NCBI RefSeq assembly: GCF_006345805.1
Contig: NW_021829095.1
Span: forward strand, 1-6,995
DNA: 6,995 nucleotides
Reading direction: 5' to 3'
Source of the DNA: Octopus sinensis
Lineage: Eukaryota
Part shown: in pieces, positions 1 to 6,995 of the stretch
Numbering within the stretch: position 1 is the stretch's first letter
How the letters are laid out: every line of letters begins with the position of its first letter
Notes under the pieces: model-generated
Databases searched by the model: none
What the model saw: the letters and a program-made list of their open reading frames with translations, nothing else
What the model was told of the DNA's origin: nothing
Translations under genes and position numbers: made by a program

Positions 1-89
1 TTTGACGATCATGTTTACGACACAAATTCTGTCCATGACCAACGTGGACTGCACTAGCACTATTAAAGTATATTCGTCGCCAAAAGGTG

Positions 90-171
90 TGTATATATGT
101 TTACACACGCGCACAAAACACACCACACACACACACACACACACACACACTACACGTACCAACATACACAT

Positions 172-220
<49 letters not shown>

Positions 221-304
221 TGCGTGTGCATATGTATTCATATGTTTCATGTAAGTATGAATATATATACATATATAATATATATATATATATATAAACA
301 CAGA
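90..304. repeat. Compound (CA)n/(TA)n microsatellite abutting the SINE family A head
   Basis: Direct reading: CA run (about 120-150), then TA/TACA runs, ending at the tatacgacggg junction of the SINE. Confidence 0.9.
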
Positions 305-464
305 TATACGACGGGCTTCTTTCAGTTTCCGTCTACCAAACCCACTCACAAGGCTTTGGTCGGCCTGAGGAGGCTGTAGTAGAAGGGCAAGGTGCCACGC
401 AGTGGGACTCAACCCGGAACCATGCGGATGGTAAAAAAGCTACTAGCCACACAGCCACTCCTGC
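305..464 (-). mobile_element. tRNA-derived SINE family A, head module only
   Basis: Minus strand reads GCAGGAGTGGCTGTGTGG (A-box-like TGGCTGTGTGG) ... GGTTGAGTCCC (B-box-like) ... GAAACTGAAAGAAGCCCGTCGTATA. It clearly aligns with 5039-5195, with a 3-nt insertion and about 7 nt lost in the CCTTGGG(C/A)AAGTGTCTT segment. Confidence 0.9.

Positions 465-467
<3 letters not shown>

Positions 468-518
<51 letters not shown>
468..518. repeat. Perfect (TA)n microsatellite
   Basis: Uninterrupted TA run directly 5' of the minus-strand SINE head. Confidence 0.95.
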
Positions 519-521
<3 letters not shown>

Positions 522-814
522 ATATATGGATATGATTCTTTGTGTATATGCCTGTGTTTATACTTACATATATGTGTGTGTGTATGTGTGTGTATACTTC
601 CTTTCAAAATATGGTTTGTTTGATAATTTGTCGGTTGAAAGTTATTAGACTAATAAGAATAACACACACACAGGTTCAATATTAGTTCTTCATTCTTAGT
701 CAATTGGGTTGATTAGTTCCTTTACCATTTCATATGGGAACAAATGACATGCTTAAGGAATTCATCGATACCATACCTAACGCAAGGGAAACATCATTTA
801 TGATTTTCTTATAG

Positions 815-861
815 GTTACCACCCATTACCCGTATATTCATTTGCTTCTCACAGAATATCG
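815..861 (+). other. Candidate 47-nt internal exon of an unidentified host gene
   Basis: Acceptor-like atgattttcttatAG (ends 814) and consensus donor CG|GTGAGT (862-867). All three frames are stop-free. The peptide is not recognised. Confidence 0.3.
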
Positions 862-989
862 GTGAGTAGTCTCGTGTATCCTCATGTATTCGCATCTAGA
901 CAAAGACGACTTTCAGCCACCGTGTGTAGCACGCTTGATAATTGTTGAGAGAGTCCTACACATGAAACCATCGGTAACGATGTCTATGA

Positions 990-1135
990 ATACACACAAA
1001 ATATATATGTGTGTTTGATATATATATATATCTATATATATATATATATATTTATATGTGTGTTTGAATATATATTATATATATATATATATTTATATAT
1101 ATATGTGTGTGTGCGTGTACGCATTTATATATATT
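990..1135. repeat. Degenerate (TA)n/(TG)n microsatellite
   Basis: Direct reading of interrupted TA and TG runs. Confidence 0.9.
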
Positions 1136-1334
1136 TATTTAGACAGGCATATAGGTATCTGACTAAAATCAAAATAAGGGACAGGCTATCCAGAGGTAAT
1201 GCCGTACGATCGTTTCAAGCGACACCATTTAATTGAACAACGCAACCAATATTTCAATTTAAATGCAGAACAATCCTCAGCTGCATGTGCATATGACTAT
1301 ACTGACAGCTGCGTTCTTATGTGTCCAGGCAGAT

Positions 1335-1465
1335 CTATACATACACACACACACATATATATATATGTGTGTGTTTGTGTATATATGTATACTTATGAAT
1401 ATATATATGTATATATATATACGCATGTATATATGTGTGCATGTGTGTGTGTGTGCGTGTGTCTC
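1335..1465. repeat. Compound (CA)n/(TA)n/(TG)n microsatellite
   Basis: Direct reading. Confidence 0.9.
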
Positions 1466-1584
1466 AGTAGTGTAATAGCCATGCAATAAAAAACACTTGT
1501 GTATTAATAATTGGCTTTCTACCACCAGTATATTGGATATATACTGTCCCTTTGTTGGATTCACAATCTCCACTCCCCTTTGAA

Positions 1585-1587
<3 letters not shown>

Positions 1588-1633
<46 letters not shown>

Positions 1634-1765
1634 TTATATATAATATATATGCATTATACTTTATATATATATATATACATACATACATACATATATACAT
1701 ACTTATACATACATACATATGCATGCATGCACATATATGCATGCATGCATTTCCCATATGCATGT
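1588..1765. repeat. (TA)n grading into (TACA)n and (TGCA)n repeats
   Basis: Direct reading: pure TA, then atac units, then atgcatgcatgc units. Confidence 0.9.
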
Positions 1766-1907
1766 GGAGGAGAGTGCAGGTTGAATACTAAGGAATTATT
1801 CGTGGTTCGTTAGTCAAGCCAAAAACCATTCTATAATATATCTATGAGGGAAATATTTCCTGATGTTAGCATATTTGCGATCAAACATGTATATTTGGAA
1901 TGGTACT

Positions 1908-2075
1908 GTATACATATATACATACATACATACATATATATATATAATAACATATATATACATATATATATATATATTTAAATATATATATATATGAATA
2001 TATACATACACGTATGTACGTATCTATATGTATGTATATATGTATGGATGGATGGATGTATGGATGTGTGTATGT
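1908..2075. repeat. (TACA)n/(TA)n/(TATG)n/(TGGA)n compound microsatellite
   Basis: Direct reading; ggatggatggat units near 2045-2065. Confidence 0.85.
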
Positions 2076-2219
2076 ATGGATTGAAATATTCAGTTAACTA
2101 AGATAAATTGAAATGGCTTCGTTGATATATTTATATATTTCCTGGAGCAGCTCCTTCTTCAATATTCCACGATACTTGAGGATTCTTGTGAAGAAACGCA
2201 AACAGAGAGAGGCATACAG

Positions 2220-2372
2220 GAACGCAAAGACACAAACACATATACACACGCGCACACAATATACACACACACAATAAACATACACAAACAATATATATGC
2301 AAACACGCAATATGCACACACACACACAGAAGGCAAACATAAAGCACTTACGTATCATATATGTTTGCGTGC

Positions 2373-2420
<48 letters not shown>

Positions 2421-2536
2421 GTATCTATGAATGCTTACATCATATTGATGTATAAATATACATGTATATGTAACTACGTGTGTATATATATATATATACA
2501 TAAATACATATACATATATATTTATATATGTATATG

Positions 2537-2573
<37 letters not shown>

Positions 2574-2750
2574 CAAATAAAACACACATATATATATATA
2601 AATATATATGTATGTTTATCAATTCGTGTATATAAGAACCTACGTATATACACATAAGTGTGTATATATATACGTATATATATTCATATACATGTATTTA
2701 TATGTACATATATACATACGTAAGTATGCATGTATTTGTCCTATGTTGGG
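2220..2750. repeat. Long degenerate CA-rich then TA-rich low-complexity tract
   Basis: Direct reading: CA-like 2220-2340, TA/TATG/TACA 2355-2750. Confidence 0.85.
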
Positions 2751-2759
2751 TTATTGACA

Positions 2760-2858
2760 TGTGCGCATGAATGTGCATGTGTGTGTGTGTTTGTGTGTGT
2801 GTGTTTGTGTGTGTGTGTTTGTGTGTGAGTGTTTGTGTGTGTTTGTGTGTGTGTGTTT
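2760..2858. repeat. (GT)n array periodically interrupted by TTT (GTGT...GTTT units)
   Basis: Repeated gtgtgtgtgttt-like units of variable length. Confidence 0.9.
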
Positions 2859-2959
2859 AGTTGCCTCAATTCTGAAATATCTCCAATTCATTGATTCTAA
2901 ATCTGTCATGGTTGTTTTATTTTTCCCTCCACCATACTCACTCCAAGCATAAGAACCCC

Positions 2960-3087
2960 TCCACACACACACAGAGATACACACACACACAGGTGCACAC
3001 ATGCACACGGGCATACACATCCAACAGCTTCCGCTCTCTTTTATCTCCTCTTTCCCGCCTCTCTCTCACTCCCTCTATTTCTTTCAG
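2960..3087. repeat. Degenerate (CA)n tract followed by a CT-rich polypyrimidine tract
   Basis: CA-like 2960-3020; pyrimidine-rich 3027-3085 ending in ttcAG. Confidence 0.7.
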
Positions 3088-3231
3088 TCTGAATTTCTAT
3101 CAAACTTTATAAATTTGTTTATATACATTAATTTGCATGTAAGTAGAAATATATAAGTTCATATTTTATATTTTATGTATGGTGTTTTTCTGTGTTGCAT
3201 TGTTTGCAGGTGTGTTTTACTGATCGTGGCG

Positions 3232-3232
3232 A

Positions 3233-3294
<62 letters not shown>

Positions 3295-3327
3295 ACATCT
3301 CTATATTATATGTCCATATATGTGTGT
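3232..3327. repeat. (TA)n(GT)n microsatellite
   Basis: Short TA run followed by a long perfect GT run (about 3245-3290). Confidence 0.95.
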
Positions 3328-3608
3328 GTTCCACTGAGCATCCTGCACGTGAAATTAACGTGCAAGTAGCTGAGCACTTCACAGACACGCGTATTCTTAA
3401 CGTTGTTCTCAGGGAGATTCAACGTGGCACTGAGTGTGACACGGCTGGCCCTTTGAAATGCAGGTACTACTCATTTTTTCCACCTGAGTGTACCGGACAA
3501 ACGTAAATAAAGTGTCTTTCTGAAGGACACAACGTGTCACCGGAAATTGAACTCACGATCTTTCGATCACCAGCAGAATATCGTACCCACTAAGCCACGC
3601 ACTTTCAC
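3328..3608 (-). mobile_element. tRNA-derived SINE, family B head with an alternative 3' body
   Basis: Minus strand: A box TGGCTTAGTGG (3597-3587), B-box-like GAGTTCAATTTCC (3554-3542), then GTTGTGTCCTTCAGAAAGACACTTTATTT ... AAAAAATGAGTAGTACCTGC. This aligns with 5819-5973, after which the sequences diverge. Confidence 0.85.
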
Positions 3609-3623
3609 ACACACATGCATATG

Positions 3624-3684
<61 letters not shown>
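3605..3684. repeat. (CA)n-(TA)n-(GA)n compound microsatellite
   Basis: Direct reading. Confidence 0.95.
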
Positions 3685-3775
3685 TAGCGTAAGTGCTAAA
3701 ACGCTTGTGACCCTGAGATACTTGCGGATTATAAGAAAGGCTTCCCGACATTGCCATGCCTGCAGTCGTTTCCAA

Positions 3776-3817
3776 GTAACGTAACATCTCTGGCATGTAA
3801 TGTAACATCTCTGACAT
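3776..3817. repeat. 21-bp tandem duplication
   Basis: gtaacgtaacatctctggcat / gtaatgtaacatctctgacat, 19 of 21 identical. Confidence 0.85.
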
Positions 3818-4574
3818 ATATTTTATCTTAACGATACCTGTCCAAGGGTCAAAGAGAAAGTGGAATGGGACCAGTTCGGTAACTTAACCCTGTTAAAATC
3901 AAGAGTTACCAAAGGGTCCATAGTATTTCACATGTAAAGCAGTGGAGAAACACCTATTAGGACGAGCCCTAATGGAAACCAAAAGCAAAGTAGGGCTTGA
4001 ATGAACTCTATTTTTTATGCCTCTTTTGTTGCCACCCCATGAGCTGAACAGGACCCAAAGACCTAAGCCTAAAGTTAAAATTTTGTAACTCTATGCTAAC
4101 CGTGTCTTCACCCGCCTTGGTTACTAGCCTTTATTTCTACTAAATAACTATCGCTGTTATTGATTGTTGGTTTCATTCGAGCAAATAAAACATATTACAC
4201 CATTCTATTTGATGGTTAATTAAACTAATTCTACGGTTGTTTTCGCACTTCTACACGTTTCTGTTCTTTGGCATGACATGGTTATAACAATTGATTCTGT
4301 CGATTTACAATGAATTTCTGTGACATTTTCACCTCTCCGCTTTAATAACTTCGCTTTTATGTTATCAGTTCCGGGTGATTAGTTTCTTAATTGCTCGTGT
4401 AACATCTCCCCTTCTAGTGATTTCTGGCTCTTATAGTCAACTAATGCGACATTATTATCAAACTCTGATTTCTGACTGTAATGTCCCTCACAGAATTTTA
4501 CAATTTCAAGTTGTTTCATTCACTTCGGTTAATTTGTTACGTTATATGTAGACACACGCACATATTACGTATAT

Positions 4575-4748
4575 ATCGAAGTGTTCAGTATTATAAATCC
4601 ATTACGGCCGGTCTTACCATTCGCTTTCGCATTAGACTTTCAATGAAGTGTTAGATAAGAGCTCGATTACGTATCCCTGTTGAACCCCTGGTGCGAAACT
4701 AATTGGTACGATCAGCTGCAATGGATTTATAATACTGTATACTTCGAT
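4575..4748. repeat. 174-bp decayed palindrome or foldback, possibly a MITE-like element
   Basis: 4575-4631 matches the reverse complement of 4692-4748 at 46/57 positions without gaps, including a perfect 18-mer CAGTATTATAAATCCATT. The symmetry axis (4661/4662) falls in the centre of GAGCTC. Confidence 0.85.
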
Positions 4749-4774
4749 TAATATTCCCACTCTACTGACAAATA

Positions 4775-5201
4775 TTACTCTTACTCTTTTACTTGTTTCA
4801 GTCATTTGACTGCGGCCATGCTGGAGCACAACCTTCAATCGAGCAACTCGACCCAGGGACTTATTCTTTGTAAGCCCAGTACTTATTCTATCGGTCTCTT
4901 TTGCCGAATCGCTAGGTGACGGGGACATAAACACACCAGCATCGGTTGTCAAGCGATGTTGGATGGGACAAACACAGACACACAAGCATACACGCACACA
5001 CACACACACACGTATATATATATATATATATATACATATATACGACGGGCTTCTTTCAGTTTCCGTCTAACCATCCACTCACAAGGCTTTGGTCGGCCCG
5101 AGGCTATAGTAGAAGACACTTTCCCAAGGTGCCACGCAGTGGGACTGGACCCGGAACCATGTGGTTGGTAAACAAGCTACTTACCACACAGCCACATGCC
5201 T
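4775..5201 (-). mobile_element. Apparently full-length tRNA-derived SINE family A with an internal microsatellite
   Basis: Minus strand: A-box-like TGGCTGTGTGG, B-box-like GGTCCAGTCCC, CORE-like CCTTGGGAAAGTGTCTT, internal (TA)/(GT) array (about 4969-5042), a 3' module of about 190 nt, and a simple-repeat tail AAGAGTAAGAGTAA. The head is homologous to 305-464. No TSD found. Confidence 0.88.
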
Positions 5202-5389
5202 TTAACCCTCCAACGCGGAGTATAGGCCCCTTACAGTTGAATTCCATGGCGCATACCTTTTGGCCTCTGTACTTATACTCTGCCATGAATGTCACCCTTT
5301 CTCTAGCCCCTTAAAATAACACCGCTTTTACGTTAGTGTTAAAAATTCTTATTAATTCTACTTATTACCTGCAGTACTTACCTATTCTC

Positions 5390-5805
5390 TGTTGTACTCT
5401 ATTTCATACATCTCTGTGTGAGGGTCATGGAAATACGGAAACACCAACTGGTGTTATGGAACCTTCTTTAATCGTTCTTTAATAGTTAGCATTGAGTGAG
5501 TGCTACCTTCATTCCTGCTTCGTAATGTGAAATTGAATCAGCTTGGACCCTTGCCAGCAGGAGATCCTGTTTAGCTTTCAAGGGAAGTACATCCACGCTA
5601 TGTAGGTCTCTCAGCTCCTTCAGGAGGAAATTGAAGAGCTACACGCCTTGAATTCCTAGCAATTGTAATGTCTGATTCTGCATTTTGAAGGCAACTGTAT
5701 GATTTTAGGCCTTATGCAATGACATCCTGTTCAGCTGTTAGTATAACTTTCAACGCCAAAATTTGGATCAAGTCGATCCAGGATCTTCCCGATTTATATT
5801 GCAGC
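5390..5805 (-). pseudogene. Decayed non-LTR retrotransposon (CR1/L2-like), RT C-terminus and 3' UTR, segment 3' of the SINE insertion
   Basis: Hand translation (minus): AAI*IGKILDRLDPNFGVESYTNS*TGCHCIRPKIIQLPSKCRIRHYNC*EFKA / LFNFLLKELRDLHSVDVLPLKAKQDLLLARV. It resembles the post-RT region of CR1/L2/Jockey-group ORF2 and has multiple stops and a frameshift. Confidence 0.75.
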
Positions 5806-5817
5806 ATATCTTTCCTG
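5806..5817 (+). repeat. Left target-site duplication ATATCTTTCCTG
   Basis: Identical 12-mer at 6306-6317. Confidence 0.9.
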
Positions 5818-6060
5818 TGTGGAGGCGCGTGGCTTAGTGGTTAGCGTGTTGAACTCATGATCGTAAGTCCGTGGTTTCGATTCCTGGACTGCGTGACGCG
5901 TTGTGTTCTTGAGCAAAATACTTCATTTCACGTTGCTCCAGTCCGCTCAGCTGGCAAAAATGTGTAATCCTGCGGCGGACTGGCGTCCCGTCCAGGTGGG
6001 AAATTTCTACGCCACTGAAACCGGCCCTTATGAGCCTGGCATGGATCGAGAAAGAAGATT
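5818..6060 (+). mobile_element. tRNA-derived SINE family B, left monomer of dimer
   Basis: A box TGGCTTAGTGG 5830-5840, B-box-like GGTTTCGATTCC 5873-5884, CORE-like TCTTGAGCAAAATACTT, then GGACTGGCGTCCCGTCCAGGTGGG; tail GGCATGGATCGAGAAAGAAGATT. Confidence 0.9.
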
Positions 6061-6305
6061 TGTTGAGGCGCGTGGCTTAGTGGTTAGGGTGTCAGAATCC
6101 TGATCGTAAGATTGTGGTTTCGATTCTTGGACCGGGTGACGCGTAGTGTACTTCATTTCACGTTGCTCCAGTCCACTCAGCTGGCAAAAATGAGTAACTC
6201 TGCGATGGACTGGCGTCCCGTCCAGGTGGGGAACACATACGCCATAGAAACCGGGAAACCGGGCCCATGAGCCTGACTAGGCTTTAAAGGGGCGCATTTA
6301 TTTTT
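6061..6305 (+). mobile_element. tRNA-derived SINE family B, right monomer of dimer
   Basis: A box 6073-6083, B-box-like GGTTTCGATTCT 6116-6127. It starts 243 bp after the left monomer, lacks 13 nt (TCTTGAGCAAAAT), has GAAACCGG duplicated (6247-6262), and has a different tail GACTAGGCTTTAAAGGGGCGCATTTATTTTT. Confidence 0.9.
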
Positions 6306-6317
6306 ATATCTTTCCTG
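6306..6317 (+). repeat. Right target-site duplication ATATCTTTCCTG
   Basis: Identical 12-mer at 5806-5817. Confidence 0.9.
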
Positions 6318-6760
6318 CATTCGTTCCAGAGAGTAAAATCTTAAAATCTTAAATCATTCCCTGTGGCTAATTTCCTACATTGAGCCTATTTTCCTTGTGT
6401 AGCTGCGCAGGACTGTCTCAAGTTCTGCTAATAATTTTATATTATTTGGTAACCATTAGTGGGAGAAAAAGTTAAAACGCCTTATGACAAATGTCATCCT
6501 GTGTTCCCTGTTCTCTTGTACCGAAAGCTCCAAGAATTCCTTCGGTCAGCCGCCTGCATTTCATCACTAATTTTCTAATATGCATATGGAAGCATGCATC
6601 ATTACTCACGTCATTGGCCATGTGACACACTAATTGTCATTCAGGAATTGCAATCCCTCCAAGTCCCCTATATTTTGTCTGCATCGCATTTAACTTCGTC
6701 TGCTGATTGCGCAGGGCTTTAAATTTCCAGCATTGAACTCTTTAATTCGTCGTCAACTGA
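6306..6760 (-). pseudogene. Decayed CR1/L2-like LINE reverse transcriptase, segment 5' of the SINE insertion
   Basis: Hand translation (minus, with frameshifts): FNAG(K)FKALRNQQTKLNAMQTKYRGLGGIAIPE*QLVCHMANDVSNDACFHMHIRKLVMKCRRLTEGILGAFGTREQGT ... *WLPNNIKLLAELETVLRSYTRKIGSM*EISHRE*FKILRFYSLERMQERY. The FNxxKF and L.YSLERR-like motifs are typical of CR1/L2-group RT C-termini. No YxDD motif seen. Confidence 0.8.
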
Positions 6761-6877
6761 CTTTGATCCATCGACCAACAAAGCATCAAAGGCTGACCTC
6801 AGCGAAATTGCAACTCAGAACTTAAAGAACCGGAAGAAATAAAACTAAGCATGCTTTCCGATTATCAAACAATCCAG

Positions 6878-6902
6878 CCCCCCCCACACACACACACACA
6901 CA
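6878..6902. repeat. Short poly-C plus (CA)n
   Basis: Direct reading. Confidence 0.85.
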
Positions 6903-6995
6903 TCTCTACGAATAATAATAAAGGTTTTCATATTCTTTTCTCTGATGTAAACTTTAAAATTACCCAGAAAACTTTAACGTTTCAAGATCCTATAT

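Noticed and set aside
1490-1587. Island between microsatellites that may be a dispersed-repeat fragment
   Set aside because: No second copy, TIR or TSD in this window; needs a genome search.
2094-2200. Minus-strand protein-like stretch (NPQVSWNIEEGAAPGNI or ILKYRGILKKELLQEIYKY) after a pyrimidine-rich AAG
   Set aside because: Weak AAG acceptor, no good donor, and peptide not recognised.
2-3817. Supplied ORFs rich in YI/CV/TH/HT repeats
   Set aside because: They are translations of TA/CA/TG microsatellites, which lack stops in several frames; no domain-like content.
3897-4095. Short inverted matches (AGAGTTAC/GTAACTCT, GGGTCC/GGACCC)
   Set aside because: Too short and not colinear without a large gap; no coherent TIR.
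3801-4408. 11-mer TGTAACATCTC repeated at 3801-3811 and 4398-4408 as a possible TSD
   Set aside because: No element-like termini or tail between the copies; plausible by chance.
4379-4519. 46-aa minus-strand ORF MKQLEIVKFCEGHYSQKSEFDNNVALVDYKSQKSLEGEMLHEQLRN
   Set aside because: Short, no recognisable motif, no supporting signals; expected by chance.
4632-5314. ORFs 4632-5009 (-), 4946-5314 (+), 4956-5171 (+), 5104-5295 (-)
   Set aside because: They run through SINE family A and its microsatellite, so they are chance open frames.
5202-5342. TTAACCCT...AGTGTTAA, resembling piggyBac-type MITE ends (also TTAACCCT at 3884)
   Set aside because: The inverted match is short and gapped, and 3884 has no partner end; insufficient in AT-rich DNA.
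5818-5890. tRNA-like segments with A and B boxes (also 6061-6130, 3540-3608, 5140-5200, 400-464)
   Set aside because: No convincing cloverleaf or acceptor stem, and each continues into a SINE body; they are SINE heads, not tRNA genes.
5903-6103. 66-aa ORF
   Set aside because: Lies entirely within the SINE dimer and crosses the monomer junction.
1-6995. CRISPR array, prokaryotic operon or defence system
   Set aside because: No repeat-spacer array, no gene-dense organisation; the sequence is eukaryotic repeat-rich DNA.

Overview
Non-coding, repeat-dense eukaryotic DNA. The AT/CA microsatellite load and the tRNA-derived SINE types suggest an octopus or other cephalopod genome; this is an inference, not a database result. 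No intact gene is visible, and the supplied ORFs are microsatellite or SINE read-throughs. By hand tally about 1.9 kb is microsatellite, mostly in 1-3700. The window holds: two copies of one tRNA-derived SINE family ('family A', 305-464 and 4775-5201, minus strand); three monomers of a second SINE head type ('family B', 3328-3608 minus, and a head-to-tail dimer at 5818-6305 plus); and a decayed CR1/L2-like LINE reverse transcriptase C-terminus (about 5390-6760, minus). The SINE dimer interrupts the LINE and is flanked by a perfect 12-bp target-site duplication. The least explained features are a 174-bp decayed near-palindrome (4575-4748) and a 47-nt candidate exon (815-861). I see no evidence for a new protein-coding system; the interest is in retroposon architecture.
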